The translations under genes were made by a program, and so were the position numbers. Below, in pieces: positions 12,213 through 24,985 of a DNA stretch of 63,637 nt. Origin of the DNA: Lama glama (Eukaryota). The notes beneath the pieces were generated by a model, which worked only from the letters and a program-made list of their open reading frames with translations, searched no databases and had not been told where the DNA came from. How positions within the stretch are numbered: the first letter of the stretch is position 1; the number at the start of each line of letters is the position of its first letter. The DNA is taken from positions 11,410,001 through 11,473,637 of the forward strand of contig CM052832.1 of NCBI GenBank assembly GCA_028534125.1, read 5' to 3'.

Positions 12213-12389
12213 GAGTCTTGCTCAGGCTTTGGCAGTAAAACATTATTCTTTCACTGATTATATATTTACTCTCTAGAACATGTGAAGTACTATGCTATTC
12301 TAGGTGATGTGGAGAATATAAGACATTGTACTACAGAACTTCTGGGAAGCATGAAGGACTATCCCTAGCCACAGGAGCAGTGGCTCCTA

Positions 12390-13740
12390 TTAATTCATTA
12401 AATACATGTTCAGTGAATTTAAGCAGTGTACCAGGTGGTGCTGGGTGTCGGAGGTTAAAAGGTGAATGAGATGCAGTGCCTGTTAAAGGGCTTACAATCT
12501 AGAAGAGGACTTGTGGTGAATATGCATGTATGGTGCCACGGGGCGTGGAAGAGGAAGGTCACCGCTTCCAAGGTTTAGGAAAACTGGTATGGAAGAGGTG
12601 CGACTTGAATAAAAGCTTCAAAGAGTCATCACATTTACATCTGGCAGAATGAGCAGAGGAAGGAAGAAAGGAGTGAGCACTGAGTACTAGGAAACTTCTC
12701 AAGCAAAAGCATGGAGGGTGGAACACATGGTGTGTTTTTGACAGTGTAGGCATTTGATTTGGGTGGATTTTAGGGTTTGTATGGATAGGAAGGTGTTTAG
12801 CAGGAAGTAAAGCTGAAGAGGAACCAGCTCATGAAAAGCTTAAAAGCCTTGCTTCTGACTTTGGAACTTAATTTTGTTGGCAGTAGGGACCCATTATGGC
12901 TTTTTAATATGCGAGTGACATGGCCAGATTTCTGTTAAAGAAAGATCACTAATAGCAATGTGCTGAGTAAATTGGAAACTGGAGGGAAAGTGGATAGGAT
13001 GTTGTAGTGGCCACCAAGGTAGGAAGTTAAAATGGCCTGAATCAAACCAGCCACAGTAGGGACTGGAAAGATGAGGAAAGTGTTTGCAGCACGTAAGAAG
13101 GAGAACTGATCTGTGACTGATCAGAATGGGGTTGAGATGACAAGTCCAGGATTTGTCCCAGGTTTCTGAGTAGATGTGGTGCCATTTACCAAGGCAGTGA
13201 ATACGTGAAGAGAAGCAGGTTTGGAGGAAGAGTGTATTAAATTACGAATGTGTTGAGAGTGAGTATAAGATGGAAGTGTCTAAGCTAGCTTCATTGCTCA
13301 AGATGAGGGGTTAGAGATATGTGTCTGTCATTGACTTGTAGCTGTGAAAGTGGACAGAGTCAGCCAGCAAGATGAGCAGCAAAGGAACAAAAGCATAACA
13401 CTTAGGAGCCCCACTATCGATGTAAACTGAGGCAGAAGAACCAGCATGGGAGAACTGTGAAAGGCAAGAGAGTCAAGAGAGGGAGGTCGCAGAATCTAGA
13501 CTGGGCTCCAAGCAGGTGGGTGTGGTTGACAGCATGGGATGTTACAGAGCGGTCAAGTAAGATGAGAATCACAGAGTCCATTGGATTGGGTGGGAAGTGA
13601 TCAGTGACCTTTGCCAAAGCAGTTTCAAAGAGGGTGGGGGCAGAAAGCTTGCTGTACCAGATTGAAAGTAGGAGGTGAGGAAGTGAGATGGAAATAGTCA
13701 CATGGGTCATTGGAGGTTAAGGAATTTTGAGGTGAGGGTT
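12390..13740 (-). mobile_element. Long decayed L2 LINE fragment
   Basis: L2-like tail attcattaaatacatgttcagtg, then characteristic segments such as ggtgccatttaccaagg and agtgacctttgccaaagcagtttcaa. Confidence 0.7.
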
Positions 13741-13881
13741 GTTAAGTGGAGTTTCTTTGTGGGTGTTGAAGTCATTCCGTATATTGGTAGGAAATAGGGT
13801 AGAAAGGAAAGGAAAACTGTGAGCCAGAAGCCCAAGTCAGCTTGGGTTAGCTGGGTGGTTTGTTCACTATTGGAGTTATAG

Positions 13882-13951
13882 GTATATATATATACACACA
13901 TATACATATATAGATACACACACACACACACATACACATATACATCTACTG

Positions 13952-14006
<55 letters not shown>
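13882..14006. repeat. Compound (TA)/(CA)/(CATATA)n microsatellite
   Basis: About 9 perfect CATATA units at ~13952-14005, preceded by TA and CA runs. Confidence 0.95.
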
Positions 14007-15577
14007 TGAGTAGCTTTAAGTTACGGCATCAGAGAGTGGGTAGTGGACCCAAATGGCACAGATCTCAAAGGAGGAAAAGTTTTGGCTTTGGTGTTAGAAA
14101 GAAAGAAAGAAAAAAAACGATGATTTTGAAATGGTACCAGAGAGCCAGAAGACAGCCAGCGCTGCACTGCAGGAGAATGAACACCCTTCACTTGGGAGGG
14201 CTCCAGAGCAGGCATTGTCCTCGGGGGAAGGCAGATTTCAGAAAGAGCTGAAGGGTTTGTGTCATGAAAAAGTTAAGCATGTGAGAGAGTTGACTTAACA
14301 GTGGCATGTGGGGTCCAGAGAGCAGAAGAGGACAGGTTCTCTGGGAGGCCGTAGTGGAAGGAGGGTTGAGCAGATGAGAGGGAGGAAGAGCAGGGAAGAA
14401 TCACCGGTGAGAGGACAGTTGCCTGGAGGAGGTTGCACTCTGTGGGTGGCAGATGACAGGGATAAAAGTCGTGGTGAGATTGATTATCCTTGAGGCTACA
14501 GGCCCAGTAAGTGTAGCAGATTCAGTCTCCCATTGGTTTTTAAATGCTATGCTTCTGAGAATTCTCTTTGAAACAAACGCTCCCTGAATGATGTGTTGGA
14601 ATGGGGAGAGGAGAAGAGATCAGCTGGCTTCTAGAATGTTCCACTCCCAGTGAAATCGCAGTCCCCTGTGGAGGTTAAGGCAAAGATACAGCATGGAGAA
14701 GCTTGGAAAGGAATTGAAAATTCTCAGGCGGAATTTGCCCCACACTGTGGGGAAGCAGTTGAAATGGCCCCCACATGCTTGTCTCTTGATGGAGTCCTGG
14801 TTGGTTGAAGCAGAAGCAGCATCGGCAGCTCTCCTGGGGTCGGGAACACCGACCTGGGGGCTGTTCTTGTATCAGTGGTAGTAGTTTTGTGGATATTTAT
14901 CAATTTGGTGGTGTATGTCCTAAATTGTAAGCTCTTAAATCTGTCTTCACCATTCAGAGTCCTCCTCAGAGCCCCCTCTGGAGGTTACGTGGAGACACTG
15001 AAGCAAAAGAAATAGAATTGAATCAAGGAGCTTCTTTTTCTGGCCTGTTTGACTTGGGTCAGACTCTGAGCTGAGCATCCTTAAGTCTCCAGTCTGACAG
15101 TTTAAACTCTGTTACTTCCCTGTGGCCGTAATGTAATCAGACTTGGTCTCGTGACGGGAGACAATAACTACACTGAGCCACAGCATTTGCCTTCATCCTG
15201 GAGCTCAAGAATTCCATCAGCACTTCCTTTTTCAAGAATGATTTTCTGGGATTTATACCAACAAAGATAAAAATGGTTTCTGTCAGTGTGCTCAGGAGGG
15301 AATGTATTTTGGAAACATGATAGACGAATCCTAACTTTATTTGGAGCATAAGACATGATCTTTATAAAACATCTATCAATTGCTCTGACAGCCCAAGCCA
15401 GAATTTATCACTCTGCTCCTACTGCAGTTAGGTTTAGCTGGTTTTCATGTTTATGGTTACGTTATTAATATTTACTACAATCAGAATATATGTGGAGCAG
15501 CAAGTGGGTGTGACTGAAAAGGCCACGTTGGAAACAATGAGACTTTCTCCACTGTACACATGTGAAGTTTGTCTTTT

Positions 15578-16869
15578 TTTTTAACATTTTTTATTGAGTT
15601 ATAATCATTTTACAATATTGTGTCAAATTCCAGTGTAGAGCACAAATTTTCAATTATACATGAATATATATATATGTATATATATTCATTGTCACATTTT
15701 TTTCTCTGTGAGCTACCATAAGATTTTGTATATATTTCCCTGTGCTATACAGTATAATCTTGTTTATCTATTCTACATTTTGAAATCCCAGTCTGTCCCT
15801 TCCCACCCCTAACCCCTTTGGCAACCACAAGTTTGTATTCTATGTCTAAGAGTCTGTTTCTGTTTTGTATTTATGTTTTGTTTTGTTTAGATTCCACATA
15901 TGAGCGATCTCGTATGGTATTTTTCTTTCTTTCTGGCTTACTTCAATTAGAATGACATTCTCCAGGAACATCCATGTTCAAATGGCATTATGTTGTCGGT
16001 TTTTATGGCTGAATAGTATTCCATTGTATAAATATACCACCTCTTCTTTATCCAGTCATCTGTTGATGGATATNNNNNNNNNNNNNNNNNNNNNNNNNNN
16101 NNNNNNNNNNNNNNNNNNNNNNNNNNNNNNNNNNNNNNNNNNNNNNNNNNNNNNNNNNNNNNNNNNNNNNNNNTGTAAATAGTGCTGCTATGAACATTGG
16201 GTTGCAGGTGTCATTTTGAAGTAGGGTTCCTTCTGGATATATGCCCAGGAGTGGGATTCCTGGGTCATATGGTAAGTCTATTCCTAGTCTTTTGAGGAAT
16301 CTCCATATTGTTTTCCACAGTGGCTGCACCAAACTGCATTCCCACCAGCAGTGTAGGAGGGTTCCCTTTTTTCCACAGCCTCTCCAGCATTTGTCATTTG
16401 TGGACTTTTGAATGATGACCATTCTGACTGGTGTGAGGTGATACCTCATTGTAGTTTTGATTTGCATTTCTCTGATAATTAGTGATATTGAGCATTTTTT
16501 CATGTGCCTATTGATCATTTGTATTTCTTCCTCGGAGAATTGCTTGTTTAGGTCTTTGGCCCATTTTTGAATTGGGTTGTTTGTTTTCTTCTTATTAAGT
16601 TGTATGAGCTACTTATACATTCTGGAGATCAAGCCTTTGTCAGTTTCATTTGCAAAAATTTTCTCCCATTCTGTAGGATGTCTTTTTGTTTTACTTATGG
16701 CTTCCTTTCCTGTGCAGAAGCTTGTAAGTTTAATTAGGTCTCATTTGTTTATTCTTGCTTTTATTTCTATTGTTTGGGTAGACTGTCCGAGGAGAACATT
16801 TTTGAGATGTATGTCAGATAATGTTTTGCCTATATTTTCTTCTAGGAGGTTTGTATCTTGTCTTATGTT
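15578..16869 (-). mobile_element. Young camelid-type L1, 5'-truncated (3' UTR plus ORF2 C-terminus), with a 15-bp TSD; interrupted by an assembly gap
   Basis: The minus-strand ORF 16048-16518 reads as L1 ORF2p C-terminus ([29 protein letters not shown]...[18 protein letters not shown]...[13 protein letters not shown]). There is a poly(T) tract at the left end. TSD tgaagtttgtctttt (15563-15577) versus tgaagtttatctttt (16870-16884). Confidence 0.95.
16074..16173. other. Assembly gap (100 N)
   Basis: Exactly 100 N characters, a typical placeholder length. Confidence 0.99.
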
Positions 16870-17223
16870 TGAAGTTTATCTTTTGATTAGAACCCAAGTC
16901 ATTGTTTGAAAAGCCCTTTGTCACTTGTTAACCTGACTCAACCTCCCTCAGCCAGAAGGCTTTGCTCAGAAATGCTACTTCACCTCTTCTTGCTGCATTT
17001 CAGGCTGATCTGTCTCCTCATCCTCTAATTGTTTAATACTGTGCTTCCCTGAATCTGCTAAGTTCTTTGCTTTTGGTTCCTACTTCATTTTGGTGAACAG
17101 AGATTTCTTGTAATCGTACAGCCATCTTTTCCCTGAATGACTTGAGCCTCATAAAGTCAGGTTGCGTTGAGCACAGTTCCACAAACGATGGAAGAGGGGT
17201 GTATTCCTTCAGGCTGGGGCTAC

Positions 17224-17407
17224 TAGGTTTAGAAAATAAAAATGGAGGCTAGTCAGTTAATTTTGAATTTTAGGTAAACAACTGGCTTTATTTTTAGTAT
17301 AAGTGGATCCCATTCAACATTTGGGATGTACTTATACTAAAAGTTATTCATTGTTTATCTGAATTCAAATTTAACTGGGAAATCCTGTATTCTATCTAAC
17401 AGCCCTA
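17224..17407. mobile_element. MER53-like palindromic hAT MITE
   Basis: Imperfect palindrome: cagttaattttgaattttaggtaaacaa...ttttagtataagt...atccca / tgggat...acttatactaaaa...ttgtttatctgaattcaaatttaactg. It matches the recalled MER53 consensus. Confidence 0.85.
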
Positions 17408-20400
17408 CCCTGGCCCTTTTCTTTGTTGTGATGTTTCCTTGGTACAGGGAATCATAGGGAGCCTCTAAGGAAGTACTCCGGAAGAGGACTAGGGAGGTCT
17501 CTGAGGAATTGTTGGCACGCAGGACTGCAGCAGGGCTGATTTTATTTGGGGAAGTTGGGCAGGAGATGGGGTTGATCTTCCTGTCACATTAGCACCGTAC
17601 ATTGCAGCTTTCTACACTTTGCCCCTCATCTGTTTCTCCCTAGGCTGGTAGAATTCCAGGTTTCGGAACCTGGGAGGACAGGGGTGTTATAGTATATAGT
17701 ATTTCTCAAACTTTGCCTTAAATGCTTGTCAACATCTCACAGGATGCTTGTGCCCCATAGAACTATTTGCAGCATCACCCATGAAAGTCTTTTGCTAGCT
17801 GTAGAGTTCACCTGGTCTAATGTATCCAACTGTTTATTCTTCATATTTATTGTCAGTGCCTTGTACTGGCTCAAACCATGGCCTGATATCATGACACCAT
17901 GGCTGTATCTTGTTGTGAGTGTATTCCTAGAACCCAGCCATTTGTATAAGGTTATTTTCAGAAATTGGTTTGGTAACCAAAACTTCCATTAATAATGTGG
18001 CCTTTTCCCCTGAAAGTTTTTCAGGTGCCCAGAGAAACCCTGAACCTAGTTTTCTCAAGCTGACAAACCAAAATAGAACTATTACATTACATATTACAAT
18101 GTACTTTCTTCCATTGGAGTACTCTCTGCTCTAACTTGACCAGCCATACAATCAGGAGAACCTACAGATGTTTATGAACTTCTCAAGGCATCCAGACTTG
18201 GAAGCTTCCAGAGCTCAGTTCTGTGCATAATGCCATATAGCTTTGTGAAGCTGACAAATATAGCAAAGAGATAGTATCACTTCACACTATAGTTTTCCCA
18301 TCTTCACTGCATGATGAAAATCAGCTCAAGGCTACCCTGAGTTTTTAGATGATAGAGATCTGCTCTCCAGCTGCATTTTTTAGATGTATTTAAAGATCTC
18401 TTTTCAGGAGTTTAATTTCTCTAGAAGCTCAGCATTTACCATTTGGATGGTTTGAGTGACATTTTGCAGCACACAAGTGACCTTACCCACAAGGGTTTAA
18501 TGGGTTCAGACAATGGTCCTTCCAAGAAGTGCCCCTTAGCAGCTGGCTCACTCTTTAGGCCTCATTACCAAACAGCGATCTAATTGAGGTGTGAGCACCA
18601 CCTGGGCTTCGAATGTATACACAGAATCTTTTTCTTTTTCTTTCGGTAGAAATTTATATTAGTGATCACAAGGTAATGCCTGGCATATTCTTTTTACAAG
18701 ACTATAGTGTAGTACTTTGTATTTCAAGTCCTGTGTTGCTTCATCATTCTCCCATACTGCAGTAAAACTCTCAGTGAGATATGTAACCTCAATATTTTAC
18801 AATCCAATGATGTGACATGAGAAAGAGAAATGGAGTTTTTTTAAACCATTAGTCTGCAATGCTCATCACTTAACTCAGATAACACAGAGTGACTCTAAAT
18901 TACTTCCATCAGTCCCAGCTGTGCAAACGGATGTGTGTACATAAACTTCATGCACACACACCACATTTACATGACACACACCACATTTACATGAAACACA
19001 CAGCACATAACACACAGCACACACACACACACTACACACATGCCTGCACACCGACTCTCATCTTTTGGGCTTTTCCTGTACATCCTGTCCTAGTCCACTT
19101 AGTCTGTACTAAATTAAACGAATGTCCAGCCACACTTACTCATCCAGAACTATCTAAATGGTTGATTTACTGACTCATAGGTAAAATTTCCATTTTTTCC
19201 ATTCCATTAAGTCTAGCAGCTACTGGGTCGCTCTCCTCTAGTATTTCTCTTACCTTTTATGATCTCAGTGAATTCCTTTGACCCACTTTAATCTATAGAC
19301 ACAAGCAGGATCAGAACAGCATTTGGTATGTATGAGATAATGGAAAAGTGATGTTCTGCCTAATGTGGGGTTTTTGGGTGATACTTCTCAGCAAGGCCCA
19401 AGATGGTTTTTTGTTAATGTCCTCCGGGGAGACCAGACAGGATTTAGCAGTCTGTTGTGCTCTCCGAACTCATCAAGGTCTGTTAAACGGATTATATTCA
19501 TGTGGATTTACAATAGATAGACCCTTTTTAAAAAATGTAAGCAGAAGTAAAAACCTAATTGGTTATTGTATTCATTTCATAACTTCATTGCTCATTACCC
19601 CTTCCATTTGAATTACATATGCTGTGTGAGATCACCAATTCTTGCCATCAGCAAATAGAACCCACAGAACTTCGTAATCCCCAGACTCATTGCTTTCGTA
19701 TTCAATGTCCCATTTTTGTGGAATAGTTTTGTTCGATAGAAGATTGACCCTGGGCTTTAAAACTCCATTTTTGACGAAGTGCGGGCAGGTGGAGGTGCCG
19801 TAGGTGGTGTCTAAGGAACTCTCTTGAGTCTGTGTCCTTCACTGTCACACACCCATCTGCCAAAGGTTAGGATGGAAGATAGTCAGCTGAGCCCACTGCA
19901 GCTGGATTCTCAGTATGACTCTTCCTTGCATCCTTTCCTGATCCCTAATGGTAAAGGCCTCTGGTGGTGGTTCTGGATGTTCTGCCCAAAATATCCTTCT
20001 CCCCTGAGCTGGAAATTGCCTTAGTTTCAGTTCCACTTGGGCAGATGATATAACAGCCTTAAAAAGGTTAAGCTAGAAACAGCCATTATTCTACTTTAGG
20101 GCATTTCATTTGGTCAGCTCCTTTCTCAGCTAAGATAAACAGAGGTAATCTGAGGAAATTACGCATGTGGGTAGGGTACCACAGTAAAGGAGACCTATTT
20201 TTTAGAGGTCTGGAGAGCATGCTCACTGACCAAAGGGAGAAAGACACTGCACAGTGAGGGACAAGGAGTATGAAGTTTGCTGGTCAGAAATATTGCTGCT
20301 CTTACCTTCCTGTCCTGCCAGGGCTCACCCCAAGTCCAGTACAGCTGTTGTTTCACTGGGAGTGAACTCGAGATTACAGAGGTCAGGGAGCTGATGCAGA

Positions 20401-20689
20401 AATCTGTGGGGTGTATTATCAAGACAGACCAGATTTGTTGTATGCAGCCTGTAGAAGGATTTTGTAAGGCTATTCTCTGTCATATGTGGCCACACATCCA
20501 CATGGTTTAGCAAGAATGATACCATAAAACTTCTGATTGTTAATTTTACAAGTAATACTTGCACATGTCTTCCTTTTAAAACATTAAACCTTACAAATAA
20601 CACTCTTTCCTTTGACAACCCATGCCTTTTCCCAGCCCCTACTCCCCAGTTAAAATTATATGTATGTTTACTTTTTCTTTAAATACACA

Positions 20690-20850
20690 CATCTATATAT
20701 TTATATATAGATGTATATGTGTATATATATGTAAATAACATAATTTAAAATATATAAATAATATACTTATTTATATTTATAATATATAACCTATATTGTA
20801 TTATTTATATATTTACTTAATACATTCATATTTTTATATATAAATCCATA
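20690..20850. repeat. AT-rich low-complexity (TA)n-like tract within an old L1 relic
   Basis: Degenerate tatata runs read directly. Confidence 0.75.
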
Positions 20851-21599
20851 GAAAATACATAGCATTATTTAATGTGAATGTATTTGTGTATTTCTCCATA
20901 AATTCATTCATTCAATATTCAGCAAATGTTGAGTATGTACTCTGTACTGGAACTGTTCTAGGTGCTGGCAGTTGAATTCTGAGTAAAACAAGGATCTCTG
21001 CTCTCATGCAACTTACATTGTAGTAAATGCTATCATTTTGAAACTTCTTTTTTCACTCAATAGTGTGTTTTGGAAGTTTATCCATTTTCATACATATAGA
21101 CCCACTTCAGTCATTTTACATGATGCATAAATGTGGTTATATCACAGGTGATTCAGACATTCCCACACTGATGGAATTAGCATCATGAATTTTGACCTAG
21201 CACTCTGGTCTGCTGGCTGGCAGTGGAGAGGGCCGCCTTGCAGCTTTTACTTCCATTTCTGTGGTGGGAGAGATGAAGTAACTGCATCTCCTACATCACT
21301 TTGTGGTGATTTTGTCAGGTGCATTCTGGACTGTCAGACCAGAGTCACAATGCAAGAGAAGTATTTGAGAGAGTTGGTAAGGAAAAATTTCTTTTCCTAC
21401 TTAGCATAATGCACCAAAGGTTTAATGGTAAGAATCAAAATCAGAATGGTGACCAGGAGAGTAGAAATGGAAGTGAATCATGGGCAGGGAACTTGTGAAA
21501 GGATGGCAAGGGCAAGTGGGAGAAAGCTGGGAGGTATACACTTGCACCACAGCAGCAAGTGAACATGATTGCACCAAAGGAGAGGAGAGTGGGCCAGCA

Positions 21600-22209
21600 T
21601 TTTTGTTTTTCTTTTTGTATTTTTTATGATTGTAGTATAGTCAGTTTACAATGTTGTGTCAATTTCTGGTGTACAGCATAATAGTTCAGTCATATACGAA
21701 CATGCATAAATTCGTTTTCATATTCTTTTTCATTATAAGTCACTAAAAGATACTGAATGTAGTTCCTTGTGCAATACAGTATAAACTTGTTGTTTATCTA
21801 TTTTATATATAGTAATTAGTATCTGCAATTCATCCCTTCCCACCCTTTTTCCCCCCTGGTAACCATAAGTTTGTTTTCTGTGTCTGTGAGTCTTTCTGTT
21901 TTGTAAATAAGTTCGTCTATTTTAAGATTCTACATATAAATGATATCATAGGGTATTTTTCTTTCTCTTTCTGGCTTACTTCACTTAGAATGACAATCTC
22001 CAGGTCCAACCATGTTGCTGCAAATGGCATTATTTTATTCTTTTTATGGCCAAGTAGTAGTCCATTGTGTATATATACCACAGCTTATTTATCCAGTCAT
22101 CTGTCGATGGACATTTAGGTTGTTTTCATGTCTTGGCTATTGTAAATAGTGCTGCTATGAACATTGGGGTGCATGTATCTTTTCAAATTAAAGTTCCCTC
22201 TGGATATAT
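21600..22209 (-). mobile_element. 5'-truncated L1 3' end (a different subfamily from the 15.6 kb copy)
   Basis: T-rich tail, then gtatagtcagtttacaatgttgtgtcaatttctggtgtacagcata...atccagtcatctgtcgatggacatttaggttg...gctgctatgaacattggggtgcatgtatcttttcaaatt. Confidence 0.9.
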
Positions 22210-23194
22210 TGGACCAGTTTTATCTGAGTTCAGATCAAACATTAGAGGAAGGTCTATTTTGGTATTAATCTCCTATTTTTCATCTTCCAGTATGGCTCCC
22301 ACTAATAACATCACCTAGGTCTCTTTTTAAATATTTTAAAATCCTCCTGAACTATAAAAGCCTGTCTGTTTCTAGACATTCAGGTTTGATAAAGTTATGG
22401 AAAGCCCTTCTGTCTGAACAAACAGAATGAGGCTTACAAGAAGAGCCTCAAGTATAGAATGAAATCCCGTCCTCGTAATTAAAATATTTTCCTTACCACA
22501 TTCCGACCCACATATATTTAATGTGCATTACATATAGAAGTTTTTTTCATATAGTTTAAAAAATCAGTAGGCTTCATAGTTTTCTCTTTTCTGTTGGGGT
22601 TTCAGAGCATTTATTTTATTGCAGATCTGCTTCATCACAATTTAACATAAAAACATTATTTAAGCTTTTCACTTTACTCATCAGTAAAAGCAGTGCTAAT
22701 TTTTCTATCATTTATCAAATTTTGATGTTCAAATTAGCATTGTTATTTTCCATTTGTCCATTCATTCATTTAACCTAAAAATAATTAAACCAAGTAGTAG
22801 AGAAAATTATCTCCATAAAAAAAGTCTTAAGTTTGAGTGATTATTTTTGAAAACTTCTTCCAAGGAGCTTCATTAAGTGAGATAATTAAATGTGTTCCAT
22901 TACATCTTTTTTTTTCTATGTGAATATTCCTATGTGAATATATATGGCTTCTCTATGTGTTGATTAACAAGGAAGATATTGGTGGACTTAACTGAAATTT
23001 GAATAATTTCATTTCTTTGTACTTCAGGGTCAGTCTAAGGAATGCAAATACTAAATCTTATGCATTTTATGTTTATAAATATATATAATTAATAGACATT
23101 TAGAGAACACACTTGCATTCTTTTCCACCTTTGTGCCCTACATGAAAGGTTTTTCTGACTCGAGTTACATCTCTAGATCTAGATCCATTATGAC

Positions 23195-24215
23195 AGAATC
23201 CCAGTTTTTTGAGACCTGAAGCTTATGCAATTTTGAGGGGTCCTCTTTATGTAAAAGAATAAAAAAATTATTCAAAAGTAGATATGAAACTGAATATTTA
23301 TTAAATGACAAAATAACTTAATTATAGCCCATTACAAATTTTAGAAAGCTAACAAATAAAATCTAGAAAAAATGCAAAATTTCAATTAGTTAACTGCTTG
23401 ACACACCTCTGTAATACTTTTCCTCTACATTTTTCACTGCATAACCTTCGATCATCACTTCATATAACCACTTGGTAATATTATTTTCCATAGAGAGAAT
23501 AGAAAGATTACTCAGTTTTTCTTCTGCATACAGTTGCCTGAAACTTGTTTATCTGATTGGTAGTTTAGAAGAGATTTTTTCAGCTTTGCAACTTGTCATT
23601 GTTCATGTTGTGTAAATTGTTGGAATTGTCAAATTTGGGAAAACTCCATCATGTTTCTCTCTTACGTGAGCTATTAGATTTGAGGAATTTTCCACCTCCA
23701 CAGACCCATCTCTGTGTTCATCCATTCACACCTTGCTTCTGTTCCAGTACCCAAACCTGGGCACTGGGTGCCCCAGGGATGTTCCTATCATGGTGTAACT
23801 CCAAGCCTGTACCTTCATGCCACAGTGCCAGGTGAGATGGTAATGAGTGGACAGAGTATTGCTGGGGGCTATTTCTACACCAGGACCATGAGCAATAGCT
23901 TAAGCACAAACAGCAGCAACTAAAATCTGTGCAACTATATTACTCTAAAATCAGGTTAAATGTTCTCCTCAGTCAGATCCTAAAGCACCAGTGGTCACTC
24001 CAGCACTCCACACTTCCAGACTAGATGGGAAGTGCAATGGAGGGGAACTCCAAGTGGGAAGATCCAGGGGTCTTGACTGATTGCAGTTAAAACATCTCAC
24101 TTTGGAAAATTTTACAACACCTCATGACCACATCCCCATACTGCTAAGATCCTGTCAGGGGCCCATGCAAGTGAGGGGCACCAAAACTCGAGCCTCATTA
24201 GTTTCATGGTAACGA
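23195..24215. mobile_element. hAT-Tip100 family DNA transposon relic (Zaphod/MER115-like)
   Basis: Ends resemble recalled consensus termini: cctgaagcttatgcaattttgagggg (left) and ggggcccatgcaagtgagggg...gcctcattagtttcatggtaa (right). Confidence 0.55.
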
Positions 24216-24739
24216 GACCTCCACGTACAGTGGATCGTGGTGAGCGGGGATAGAAAGTGTAGGCATAATGACTTGGGCTGGTTCAGGCATGTGGGAGTCC
24301 TGCAGAGAGGAAGGGGAGGAAGCCTGATGCAGAGGCTACAGGCACTGGGGGAAGGAAATCCATACAATGAAGTCAGTTATTCTGGCCAGTTCTCCTTGTG
24401 AACTCAGGAGACTGCCCTTTCTTTTCCATTTAATCTTCTCTCACCTGTATTATTGCAGCTGGTTTCTTTTTCTCCATTCTTACTCTCCAGTCATATTCAC
24501 GTCACTACCAGGTGAATCCCCCACAGGACCACATGGATGTCTCCCACCTGCTCAGCTACCTGCATGGTCTTCCAACCCCTGACATGTTAGAGCCCAGACC
24601 TAGAGCACAGCACAGCCCCAGGCTCGCTCTCTACCCTCATCTTCCGTTTCTTCCCACTCTGCCTTTCCCTGACTAAAGCCACCCAGATGGCATGCCCAAT
24701 CCCAAACACATCCACACATCACCCCCTGTCTCCCTAGGT

Positions 24740-24985
24740 TTCTTAAGTGAGGTGAATGGCTCAGCTGCATCAGAATCATCTGAGGAGCTTTTGAAAATGT
24801 AGACCGTGCAAGTCCCAGGAACTGGAAAGAAGGGAAGGTCTTGGTCTGTGTCTAGAACAAGGTTTCTCGAAATATCAAATATTGAGCTCCGTGCAGGCAG
24901 TTGGTGAACATGGGCCCCAGTGCAGGAAAACTGCATTTTTACACTCCTTATATGATTCTAATGTACCCTAAAGTTTGAGAATCAC
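24740..24985. mobile_element. MER5-like hAT-Charlie element
   Basis: gctgcatcagaatcatctgaggagcttttgaaaat ... ctgcattttta...gattctaatgtaccctaaagtttgagaatca. Confidence 0.7.

Noticed and set aside
16048..16518. 156-aa ORF as a host gene
   Set aside because: It is the L1 ORF2p C-terminus of a 5'-truncated insertion and runs through Ns.
18955..18994. 20-bp tandem duplication (cacacaccacatttacatga x2); similar small duplications at ~31382-31405 and ~62958-63013
   Set aside because: Ordinary slippage-type micro-duplications with no sign of function.
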